From NCBI GenBank assembly GCA_025060295.1, contig JANXCH010000001.1, positions 32,896-96,895 on the forward strand: DNA of 64,000 nucleotides, written 5' to 3'. Below are positions 44,770 through 52,775 of the stretch, piece after piece. Position 1 is the stretch's first letter; each line of letters begins with the position of its first letter. The notes below the pieces were generated by a model. The model was given only the letters and a program-made list of their open reading frames with translations. It was not told where the DNA came from and made no database searches. Source of the DNA: Dehalococcoidia bacterium (GTDB lineage Bacteria > Chloroflexota > Dehalococcoidia > Lucifugimonadales > HRBIN23). The translations under genes were made by a program, and so were the position numbers.

Positions 44770-45006
44770 ATGACCAAGGCGTACATCCTCATTGAGACCG
44801 CCGTGGGGAAGACCCGGGATGTGGTACAGGCTCTGCGCACCATTTCAGGGATGCGCTCCGTGGACGCCGTGACGGGCCCCTACGATGTCATTGCGGTTTT
44901 GGAGGCGGATGACCTCAACACCATCGGCCAGACCGTTACGGAGAAGATTCACACCGTCAGTGGGGTCTTGCGCACCGTTACCTGCCTTTCGGTAACCGTC
45001 CGTTAG
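44770..45006 (+). CDS. stand-alone Lrp/AsnC ligand-binding (RAM) domain protein, copy 2
   Basis: 78 aa (MTKAYILIETAVGKTRDVVQALR...VTGPYDVIAVLEADDL...VSGVLRTVTC). It is colinear with copy 1, and by eye roughly a third of positions are identical. Confidence 0.7.
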   Translation: MTKAYILIETAVGKTRDVVQALRTISGMRSVDAVTGPYDVIAVLEADDLNTIGQTVTEKIHTVSGVLRTVTCLSVTVR

Positions 45007-45037
45007 GGCGCCAGCAGGCAAGTAACAGGGAGGGGGG

Positions 45038-46207
45038 ATGGAGTATCGTTTCACTCCACAGGAAGAGGCGTTTCGCCAGGAGGTTCGTGCCTTTCTGCAG
45101 AGGGAACTGCCCCCTGGGTACACCGGCCCTGTCACGCTGGGGGACGAAGAGGATGAGGCCCTACATCGGCGCATGCAGCGCCTCCTGGCCCAAAAGGGCT
45201 GGCTTACTATCGGCTGGCCTAAGGAATACGGGGGACAGGCTGCCTCCCAAATCACCCAGACCATTTTTGCCGAGGAGGTGGCCTACTTCCGCGCCCCGGG
45301 GGTGGACACCAGCGGGATCAAGATGCTGGGGCCGACCCTGATGCTTTGGGGGACCGAGGAACAGAAGCGGGAGTTTTTGCCCCCCATCGCCCGTGGCGAG
45401 GTGAACTGGTGCCAAGGGTACTCGGAGCCGGGCTCGGGCTCCGACCTTGCGTCTCTGCAAACCCGCGCTGTAGCCGACGGTGATGACTTCATCATCAATG
45501 GCTCCAAAATCTGGACGAGCCGTGCCCACCGCGCCGATTGGATGTTCCTGCTGGCCCGCACCAATCCCGATGCCCCTAAACATCGGGGCATCACCTTCTT
45601 CCTGGTGAGTATGCGGAGTCCCGGCGTTCAGGTGCGTCCCATTGTGAATATGGCCGGGGTGCATCACTTCAATCAGGTGTTCTTTGACAATGTGCGCGTG
45701 CCCAAGCGCCAAGTGGTGGGGGAGGTGGACCGAGGGTGGTATGTGGCGGTAACTCTCCTGGACTTTGAGCGTTCGGGTGTGGAATATCCCACCCAAGCCC
45801 GCAAATACACGGAGGACCTGGCACAGTTCGCCCGGGAGGCCGATGGGGGCCGGTTGGCCAAGGACCCCCGCTGGCGCGCCCGCCTGGCCGAGTTGTACTT
45901 AGAGGCCCAGGTGGGGCGCCTGCTGGCCTACCACGTGGCATACCTGCAGAGCCAAAAGCAGGTGCCCAACAAAGAGGCATCTATCAGCAAGGTGTTTGGC
46001 ACCGAATTGCTCCAGAGGGTGGCCCACACAGGGATGGAGATGCTGGGGGTGTACGGCCTGCTGGATAAAGGCGCGCCCAAAGCACCTTTGGGGGGTGTGA
46101 TCAGTCGTCTGTGGCTATGTGCGCGTTCCACCAGTATCGGTGCCGGCACCAGCGAAATCCAGCGCAATATCATCGCTCTGCGAGGATTGGGTCTGCCCAG
46201 GGGGTAA
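45038..46207 (+). CDS. acyl-CoA dehydrogenase
   Basis: GWPKEYGG, the C.GYSEPGSGSDLASL motif, INGSKIWTS, and C-terminal GTSEIQRNIIA. Confidence 0.88.
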   Translation: MEYRFTPQEEAFRQEVRAFLQRELPPGYTGPVTLGDEEDEALHRRMQRLLAQKGWLTIGWPKEYGGQAASQITQTIFAEEVAYFRAPGVDTSGIKMLGPTLMLWGTEEQKREFLPPIARGEVNWCQGYSEPGSGSDLASLQTRAVADGDDFIINGSKIWTSRAHRADWMFLLARTNPDAPKHRGITFFLVSMRSPGVQVRPIVNMAGVHHFNQVFFDNVRVPKRQVVGEVDRGWYVAVTLLDFERSGVEYPTQARKYTEDLAQFAREADGGRLAKDPRWRARLAELYLEAQVGRLLAYHVAYLQSQKQVPNKEASISKVFGTELLQRVAHTGMEMLGVYGLLDKGAPKAPLGGVISRLWLCARSTSIGAGTSEIQRNIIALRGLGLPRG

Positions 46208-46215
46208 GGGTCGCC

Positions 46216-46734
46216 TTGCGCCTGGCTTGGGGGGCTGCGCCTCTGGGGAGACGGGTTGGGTTGGTGGTGGGGGTCGCCCTCCTGGCCCTTGTCGTAGGAC
46301 TCGGCTGGGGCTGTCGAGCTGTCCAGGAGCGGGTGGAGGCGGCCAAACCCCGGGTGGAGGTATCCGGGGCACGCCTGCGGAGCATTAGCCCCACCAGCAT
46401 GCTGGTAGAGGCCCAGGCCACGGTGGATAACCCTAACCCCATCGGGGCGCACATTGAGAGTGTTACCTACGATATCTTTTTCCGGCGGGGGGAAGTCTGG
46501 GTTGTGCTCGGCCGAGGGGAGAAGCGAGACTTTCAGATACGCCCGCAGGGGAGCACCGCCTTGGAGTTACCTGTAACGGTGGATAACCTTGCTCTGGTGC
46601 AAGCCCTCGCTACCGCCCTCGCCCAAGGGGGGGTGGTGCCGATAAAGATAAGCGGAACGGTGCGGGTGAAGGTTGGCCCCACTGCCTTCACCATCCCTTT
46701 TGAGCAGGAGCGGACGGCCTTCCTGCTGCGCTAA
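46216..46734 (+). CDS. membrane-anchored LEA_2 / WHy-domain (LEA14-like) protein
   Basis: N-terminal TM VGLVVGVALLALVVGLGWG, then P.VEVSGARLRSISPTSMLVEAQATVDNPNPIGAHIESVTYDIFF and LELPVTV, typical of bacterial LEA_2 beta-sandwiches. The start is uncertain (TTG 46216). Confidence 0.65.
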   Translation: MRLAWGAAPLGRRVGLVVGVALLALVVGLGWGCRAVQERVEAAKPRVEVSGARLRSISPTSMLVEAQATVDNPNPIGAHIESVTYDIFFRRGEVWVVLGRGEKRDFQIRPQGSTALELPVTVDNLALVQALATALAQGGVVPIKISGTVRVKVGPTAFTIPFEQERTAFLLR

Positions 46735-46761
46735 CCGCAGCACATTTGGGGTTGTCTCTTC

Positions 46762-46789
46762 TTGACACCTGTTCGCCACTTGCTAGGAT
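46762..46789 (+). promoter_or_regulatory. putative promoter (TTGACA-16-TAGGAT)
   Basis: TTGACA at 46762..46767 and TAGGAT at 46784..46789, 29 nt upstream of GTG 46819. Confidence 0.4.
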
Positions 46790-46818
46790 GAGGCTGAACC
46801 GCGCCCCAGGAGGGAGCC

Positions 46819-47829
46819 GTGCTGGAGATCACCAAAGAGCGTTTGCTGTGGATGTACCGCACCATGTGCACCATCCGTGAGTTTGAGGAGCGGGCCATGG
46901 CCGAGGTCAGCGCCCGCCGCACCTTCGGGGGGATGCACTCCTCGGCAGGGCAGGAGGCGGTGCCGACCGGTATCTGCGCCCACCTGGGGCCCCGCGATGC
47001 CATCGCCAGCACCCACCGGGGGCACGGTCACTGCATCGCCAAGGGGGTGGATCCCCGCCTTATGATGGCCGAACTGTTCGGGCGCAGCACAGGAACGAAT
47101 AAGGGCAAGGGCGGTTCCATGCACATCGCCGATATGGGCAAGGGGATGTTGGGGGCCAATGGCGTTGTGGGGGCCAGTGTGCCCCTGGCTGTGGGGGCGG
47201 CTCTGGCCGCCCGCCTGCGGGGGGAGGACAGGGTGGCCGTGGCGTTCTTCGGGGACGGTGCGGCCAATCAGGGTGTGATTCACGAGAGTATGAACTTGGC
47301 CGCCATTTGGAGGTTACCTGTCATCTTCGTCTGCGAAAACAACCTGTATGCCGAGTCGACCCCGGTGGAGTACTCCTCGGCAGTGCCTGACCTGGCACGC
47401 CGTGCGGCCGCCTACAACATGCCGGGTGTCATCGTTGACGGGATGGATGTGCTAGATGTGTACGACAAGGCGGGCGTGGCCATCGGTCGGGCACGGGCCG
47501 GGCAGGGGCCAACCTTCCTAGAATGCAAGACCTATCGCTTCTACGGCCACTTCAGTGGCGATAACCCACGCACCTACCGCACCGAGGAGGAGGAGCGCGC
47601 CTACCGCGCCCGCGACCCCATCCCGACCTTTCGGCGACGCCTCCTGGAGGAGAAGGTCTGCACCCCCGAGGAACTGGACTCTATCCAGAAGCAGGTGGTG
47701 GACCTGATTGAGGAGGCGGTGCGCTTTGCTGACCAAAGTCCCTTACCGCCCCCCGAAGAGGTGCTGACGGATGTCTATGTAACTATCCCGCGGGACTGGC
47801 TAGTACGGGGCACGGGTTTGACCATATAA
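46819..47829 (+). CDS. thiamine-diphosphate-dependent 2-oxoacid dehydrogenase E1 component, alpha subunit
   Basis: STHRGHGHCIAKG, and the TPP motif FFGDGAANQGVIHESMNLAAIWRLPVIFVCENNLYA. GTG lies 3 nt after the GGAGGGAG tract. Confidence 0.85.
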   Translation: MLEITKERLLWMYRTMCTIREFEERAMAEVSARRTFGGMHSSAGQEAVPTGICAHLGPRDAIASTHRGHGHCIAKGVDPRLMMAELFGRSTGTNKGKGGSMHIADMGKGMLGANGVVGASVPLAVGAALAARLRGEDRVAVAFFGDGAANQGVIHESMNLAAIWRLPVIFVCENNLYAESTPVEYSSAVPDLARRAAAYNMPGVIVDGMDVLDVYDKAGVAIGRARAGQGPTFLECKTYRFYGHFSGDNPRTYRTEEEERAYRARDPIPTFRRRLLEEKVCTPEELDSIQKQVVDLIEEAVRFADQSPLPPPEEVLTDVYVTIPRDWLVRGTGLTI

Positions 47830-47863
47830 GAGGGGAGCTGATAGCGCCCCCAGGGAGGGTGCG

Positions 47864-48682
47864 ATGCCCAACATCCTCGCCAACGGCATACGCATCTTTT
47901 ACCAAGAGTGGGGTGGAGGTCCGTTCATCGTGTGGCATCACGGTTTGTTCGGCACCTCTGACCAGTGGCGCGAGGTGGCCGACCATCTGCAGGGCAGGTA
48001 TCGTTCCGTGGCCTATGATGCACGTGCCCACGGGCGCTCCGAGGTGCCCTCCCGACCGGAAGACTACGCGCAAGACCTGCTGGTGGAGGATGTGCGGGGT
48101 GTCTTGGACGCCCTGGGCGTTCCACAAGCCGTTGTGGGGGGCCACTCTATGGGGAGCAATGTGGCCTTGCACTTCGCCTTCCGCTACCCTACGCGGTGTC
48201 GTGCCCTTGTGCTCGTAGGTATAGGCTCCGGCTCCACCGACACCGAGGGGTGGCGCGCCCGCATGGGTCTCTTGGCCGACCTGGCCGAGAAAGAAGGGAT
48301 GGAACGGGTGCTGAGGGAGATTCAGACTCTCCCTGCGTGGAAACCCGCTTTTTCCCATCCCCAGTTGGGGCCACGCCTCGCCCGAGAGGTGCTGGCCTGT
48401 TCCCCCCAGGGCATCGCCCGCACCATTCGGGGTGTGCAGATGCGCCGTCCCACCATCTTCCAACTCGAGCCCTTCCTGGTGCGGTTGACGGTGCCCACAC
48501 TAGTAGTCTATGGCGAGTTGGACGAGCCCGTGGTGGAGGCATCGCGCTTCATCGGGCAAAAGGTTCCCAAGGCCCAGGTGGTGGCGGTGCCCGGTGTGGG
48601 GCATTGGACGCATCTGGAGGCCCTACCCACATTCCTGCACACTCTGGACGCCTTCCTGGAGCGGGTGGAGCGGGGCCAATAG
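47864..48682 (+). CDS. alpha/beta-fold hydrolase
   Basis: HHGLFG oxyanion region, nucleophile elbow GHSMGS, and C-terminal GVGHWTHLE. Confidence 0.8.
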   Translation: MPNILANGIRIFYQEWGGGPFIVWHHGLFGTSDQWREVADHLQGRYRSVAYDARAHGRSEVPSRPEDYAQDLLVEDVRGVLDALGVPQAVVGGHSMGSNVALHFAFRYPTRCRALVLVGIGSGSTDTEGWRARMGLLADLAEKEGMERVLREIQTLPAWKPAFSHPQLGPRLAREVLACSPQGIARTIRGVQMRRPTIFQLEPFLVRLTVPTLVVYGELDEPVVEASRFIGQKVPKAQVVAVPGVGHWTHLEALPTFLHTLDAFLERVERGQ

Positions 48683-48685
48683 GGG

Positions 48686-49453
48686 ATGACACCTATGCCA
48701 TACCCCGCTGTCCATCTAATTGGGATTAGCGGAATCCCGGAAGTGCGCCCCGGGGACGACCTGGCGTATCTTATCGTTCAGGCCAGCCACGCGCAAGGCA
48801 CCCCCCTCCACAACGGGGATGTGGTGGTCATCACCCAAAAGATCGTTTCCAAAGCTGAGGGGCGGCTAGTGGACTTGGGGACGGTGGAACCCTCTCCCTT
48901 CGCGCGCCATATTGCCCAGCAGTGGGACAAAGACCCCCGCCATGTGGAGGTGGTGCTGCGGGAGAGCAGACGCATCGTGCGCATGGATCGGGGCGTTATC
49001 ATCTGCGAAACCCATCACGGCTTTATCTGCGCCAATGCGGGGGTGGATGCATCCAACATTCCTGGGGAGGGAGTGGTCTCCTTATTACCCCAAGACCCTG
49101 ACGCCTCGGCACGACGGGTGCGTCAGGGTATCCGCGCGCGCGCTGGGGTAACGGTGGCGGTCATCATCAGCGATACCTTTGGGCGTCCGTGGCGGGAGGG
49201 CACCACCAATGTGGCCATTGGGGTAGCGGGGATGGAGCCTCTGGTGGACTACCGCGGGCGCAAGGATACCTATGGCAAGGAACTGCGGGTGAGCATCGCT
49301 GCTGTGGCTGATGAGATCGCCAGTGCTGCGGATCTGGTCATGGGCAAGACAGGGTTGGTGCCGGTGGTCATCGTGCGGGGATACCCGTACCAGCCCACAG
49401 AGGGGTCGGCCAGGGCCCTTCTACGGGAGCCGTCCCAGGATATGTTTCGCTGA
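48686..49453 (+). CDS. cofE: coenzyme F420-0:L-glutamate ligase
   Basis: PEVRPGDDLA, VVVITQKIVSKAEGR, CANAGVDASN, ISDTFGRPWREG and AIG.AG match the CofE/FbiB N-terminal domain family. Confidence 0.8.
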   Translation: MTPMPYPAVHLIGISGIPEVRPGDDLAYLIVQASHAQGTPLHNGDVVVITQKIVSKAEGRLVDLGTVEPSPFARHIAQQWDKDPRHVEVVLRESRRIVRMDRGVIICETHHGFICANAGVDASNIPGEGVVSLLPQDPDASARRVRQGIRARAGVTVAVIISDTFGRPWREGTTNVAIGVAGMEPLVDYRGRKDTYGKELRVSIAAVADEIASAADLVMGKTGLVPVVIVRGYPYQPTEGSARALLREPSQDMFR

Positions 49454-49466
49454 ACCTGGAACGCCC

Positions 49467-49495
49467 TTGTGGGCGTAGCGTCTTTACGCTATGAT
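49467..49495 (+). promoter_or_regulatory. putative promoter (TTGTGG-17-TATGAT) for tRNA-Pro
   Basis: TTGTGG at 49467..49472 and TATGAT at 49490..49495, 10 nt upstream of the mature tRNA 5' end. Confidence 0.45.
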
Positions 49496-49505
49496 AAAAA
49501 TGCGT

Positions 49506-49577
49506 CGGGGAGTGGCGCAGGGGGAGCGCGCACGGTTCGGGTCCGTGAGGTCGCGGGTTCAAATCCCGCCTCCCCGA
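49506..49577 (+). tRNA. tRNA-Pro (anticodon CGG)
   Basis: Hand-folded cloverleaf: acceptor CGGGGAG/CTCCCCG, D stem GCGC/GCGC, anticodon stem CACGG/CCGTG with loop TTCGGGT, T arm GCGGG-TTCAAAT-CCCGC, discriminator A. CCA is not encoded. Confidence 0.9.
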
Positions 49578-49601
49578 GAGGCCGGTGTGGGAGAGGGTCG
49601 G

Positions 49602-49934
49602 ATGCCTCCCCGTCGACAGGATCCCCTGTATGCCCAGGCCCGCCAGTTGGCCAAGGACTGGGCGGAGTTGTATCAGCAGTTCCAGCAGGTGCAGAAGCAG
49701 GCCGAAGCCCTCAACGCCCTCCTGAACGCCCGTATAGAAGACATCCAAGCTTTGCGCCGACAAAGCGAGGAGGCCGAAAGCGCCTATCGCTTTGTGCGTC
49801 AACGCCTCGAAGGCCTGCTGGAGGCTCTGGAAAAGGTGTTGGCCCGCCCCTGGCCGCCGGAGGCGTCTTTTCTACGGGAGGAGGTGGCGCGGGCCGTCGC
49901 CACCGCGCGCCAAGACCTGCCCACCCTCGGCTAA
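49602..49934 (+). CDS. hypothetical coiled-coil protein (110 aa)
   Basis: ATG 49602 follows the tRNA; the longer ORF-track entry 49491..49934 would read through the tRNA. The sequence is heptad-like and rich in Q/E/A/L (LYQQFQQVQKQAEALNALLNARIEDIQALRRQSEEAE). Confidence 0.5.
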   Translation: MPPRRQDPLYAQARQLAKDWAELYQQFQQVQKQAEALNALLNARIEDIQALRRQSEEAESAYRFVRQRLEGLLEALEKVLARPWPPEASFLREEVARAVATARQDLPTLG

Positions 49935-49937
49935 CCC

Positions 49938-51062
49938 TTATCCCAACGCCGGTTGCCCCTCCATAGGAATATGCACTATGCGGCCGTCTGCACCTGCCCA
50001 GACGCCTGGAATGGGCCGTCCGCAGGAGGGGCAGGTGCCGTGGGGAGTAAGGGCATATTCTAGAACAGTGAAGCCCCAGCGGGCGATTAGGCGTCGCCCA
50101 CAGCTGGGGCAGAAGGTGTGCTCATAAGGTCCCACGCGGCCGGGCAAGTTCCCCGCATACACGAAGCGCAAGCCGTGCTGCCGTGCGATGCCACACGCCC
50201 ACACGAGACGGTGAGTAGGAGTGGCTGCGGTATCTTGCATCTTATAATCTGGGTGGAAGGCGGTGATATGCCAGGGTATGTCCGGGGAGATGGACGCCAG
50301 GAAACGGGCGGCGCTATGCAGCTCCTCCTCCCCGTCGTTGAAGCCGGGCACCAAAAGAGTAACCACTTCCACCCAGTACCCCATCTGGAAGGTGCGACGG
50401 ATAGTGTCCAGCACCCGCTCCAACACGCCCCCCAGTCTGCGATAGGAGCGGTCGTTGAAGGACTTCAGGTCAATCTTATAGGCGTCCAGGTGAGGGCGCA
50501 GATAGGCCAGCACCTCCGGGGTTGAGTTGCCGTTAGAGATATAGGCGGTGCGGAGGCTGCGTTGACGCGCCTCCTTGAACACGGCTACTGCCCATTCGCT
50601 GGTGATCAGGGGCTCGTTGTAGGAACTGGCCACCACCCGGGCCCCTTCGTGAACGGCTATCCGCACCAGAGTGGCTGGGGAGACCTCGTAGGGCTGGGCG
50701 CGTGCGGCAGGGTCGCGCAGGGCTTGAGAAGTGATCCAGTTCTGGCAGTAGGGGCAGTGATAGTCACAGCCGAGCATACCGAAGGTGAGGGCGACGGAGC
50801 CGGGAAGGAAGTGGAACAAGGGCTTTTTTTCAATGGGATCGGCCTGCAAGGCTGCCACATACCCCCATGGCACCCGGAGGCGTCCATCCTTATTAAAGCG
50901 CACCTGGCAGATTCCCCGATGCCCCGGCAGGATGAGGCACCGGTGCCCGCACGCCCAGCAGCGAACTTTGTTCTCCTCCAGACGCTCGTAGCATTCCCCC
51001 TCACGGGTGAGGGTGTCCAACACCTCCGCCAGCGGGCGCACCTCGGCCTTGAGCAACGGCAT
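49938..51062 (-). CDS. AmmeMemoRadiSam-system radical SAM enzyme (AmrS-like)
   Basis: N-terminal Zn-ribbon-like CWACGHRCLI..G..G.C, the radical SAM motif CDYHCPYCQNW, and a C-terminal CPSCG...CPSCG. Confidence 0.8.
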   Translation of the reverse strand: MPLLKAEVRPLAEVLDTLTREGECYERLEENKVRCWACGHRCLILPGHRGICQVRFNKDGRLRVPWGYVAALQADPIEKKPLFHFLPGSVALTFGMLGCDYHCPYCQNWITSQALRDPAARAQPYEVSPATLVRIAVHEGARVVASSYNEPLITSEWAVAVFKEARQRSLRTAYISNGNSTPEVLAYLRPHLDAYKIDLKSFNDRSYRRLGGVLERVLDTIRRTFQMGYWVEVVTLLVPGFNDGEEELHSAARFLASISPDIPWHITAFHPDYKMQDTAATPTHRLVWACGIARQHGLRFVYAGNLPGRVGPYEHTFCPSCGRRLIARWGFTVLEYALTPHGTCPSCGRPIPGVWAGADGRIVHIPMEGQPALG

Positions 51063-51112
51063 ACCCCACCTCCCCTTTTTCAGTGTAGCATGGGGGGAAA
51101 GGAGAGATATCC

Positions 51113-52624
51113 ATGCGTGCTTTGGTGAGCGTCTCCGACAAACGGGGGGTAGTGGACTTGGCGCGCCGTCTACATCAGGCGGGGGTGAGCCTCATCAGCA
51201 CGGGGGGCACGGCGCGCCTCCTGTCCCAAGAGGGTATCCCTGTTCAGCAGGTCTCGGACCTCACCCGCTTCCCTGAACTTTTGGACGGACGGGTGAAGAC
51301 TCTGCATCCCGTCATTCACGCCGGCATTTTGGCCCGTCGGGACAAGCCTGAGCACATGGCCGAACTAGGGCGGCGCAATCTCGTCCCCATTGACATCGTC
51401 GTTGTCAACCTATACCCCTTTGAGGCGACCATCCAGCGCCCGGATGTGCCACTGGACGAGGCCCTGGAGCAGATAGACATCGGCGGGCCGACTCTGCTGC
51501 GGGCCGCCGCTAAGAACTTCCCCGCCGTCGTGCCCTTGTGCGACCCCACCGACTACTCCTGGGTGGGCGAGAAGGTCGTTGCCCGCACCCTGACCCTTGC
51601 CGAACGGCGCGCCCTCGCAGCCAAGGCGTTTCAGCATGTGGCTCTTTACGATACAATCATCGCCCGTTGGCTGCGCGGGGATACCGAACTGTTTCCCGCA
51701 GAGATGACCTTTGGAGGGCGTCTTGTGCAGCGTCTGCGTTACGGTGAAAACCCCCACCAGCAGGGTGCTTTGTATGCGTGGGCACCCGTTCGGGGAGGCA
51801 TCGCCCAGGCTCGCCAATTGCACGGAAAGGAACTTTCGTATAACAACATTCTGGACGCTTCGGCCGCCTGGGAGGCGGTCAATGAATGGACCGAGCCGGC
51901 GTGTGTCATCGTCAAGCATACCAATCCCTGTGGTTTGGCCGTGCACGCGGACCTGGTTGAAGCCTATCGGCGGGCTTATGCGGGCGACCCCGTCTCCGCC
52001 TATGGAGGGATTGTGGGGTTCAACAGGGTTGTGTCCAGTGCGGTTGCCGACGCAATGCGAGGGGTGTTCTATGAGGTGGTGGTGGCTCCCGGCTACACCT
52101 CCGAAGCCCTCGCCATTCTTACCAAACGGCGCGACCTACGCATCCTGGAGGTGCCTACGGGAGGCGAAGGCTTGGAGGTGCGCACCGTAAGCGGGGGATT
52201 CCTCGTCCAAACTGCCGATACCCTCCGGGAAGACACGGCCACCTGGAAAGTGGTAACTCAACGCCCTCCCACCCCGGCCGAATGGGAGGACTTGACCTTT
52301 GCCTGGGGAGTGGTCAAGCACGTCAAGTCTAACGCCATCGTTCTCGTCAAGGACAAAGCTCTCGTGGGCATGGGGGCGGGCCAGCCCAACCGGGTCACCA
52401 GCGTGCGTCTGGCGGTGCAGGTGGCGGGGGCGCGTGCGCGGGGGAGTGTTCTCGCCAGCGACGCTTTTTTCCCTTTCCCCGACGGTGTGGAGGCGGCAGC
52501 CGAGGGAGGTGTAACGGCCATCATTCAGCCGGGTGGCTCTATTCGGGATGCCGACGTCATCGCCGCCGCCGACCGATTAGGTTTAGCTATGGTATGCACA
52601 GGCGTCCGCCACTTCCGTCATTGA
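51113..52624 (+). CDS. purH: bifunctional AICAR transformylase / IMP cyclohydrolase
   Basis: MRALVSVSDKRG, GRVKTLHP.IHAGIL, VVVNLYPF, IDIGGPTLLRAAAKN, and the C-terminal FFPFPDG and RHFRH. Confidence 0.95.
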   Translation: MRALVSVSDKRGVVDLARRLHQAGVSLISTGGTARLLSQEGIPVQQVSDLTRFPELLDGRVKTLHPVIHAGILARRDKPEHMAELGRRNLVPIDIVVVNLYPFEATIQRPDVPLDEALEQIDIGGPTLLRAAAKNFPAVVPLCDPTDYSWVGEKVVARTLTLAERRALAAKAFQHVALYDTIIARWLRGDTELFPAEMTFGGRLVQRLRYGENPHQQGALYAWAPVRGGIAQARQLHGKELSYNNILDASAAWEAVNEWTEPACVIVKHTNPCGLAVHADLVEAYRRAYAGDPVSAYGGIVGFNRVVSSAVADAMRGVFYEVVVAPGYTSEALAILTKRRDLRILEVPTGGEGLEVRTVSGGFLVQTADTLREDTATWKVVTQRPPTPAEWEDLTFAWGVVKHVKSNAIVLVKDKALVGMGAGQPNRVTSVRLAVQVAGARARGSVLASDAFFPFPDGVEAAAEGGVTAIIQPGGSIRDADVIAAADRLGLAMVCTGVRHFRH

Positions 52625-52775
52625 CAAGACTGCCACAAAAAGGAGAACGGGGTCTAAAGGGACTGGAGAATGGCTGGGGGAGAATTTCCCCTTGCGCATA
52701 GGTCTTCGCTGCGTATCTGGATGCCAATGCGTTGCCCGCCACGCAAGGGCGTGCGGCAAGAGGAGTAGATGCTCT

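Noticed and set aside
49491-49601. N-terminal part of ORF 49491..49934
   Set aside because: It reads straight through the tRNA-Pro gene (49506..49577). The CDS was trimmed to ATG 49602.
51063-51112. Possible ZTP (pfl) riboswitch upstream of purH
   Set aside because: Only 50 nt separate purH from the divergent radical SAM gene, and neither the ZTP pseudoknot nor the conserved GGGTCGTGAC / CCGCCTGGGC-type segments are present. Only a TGTAGCAT -10-like element is seen.
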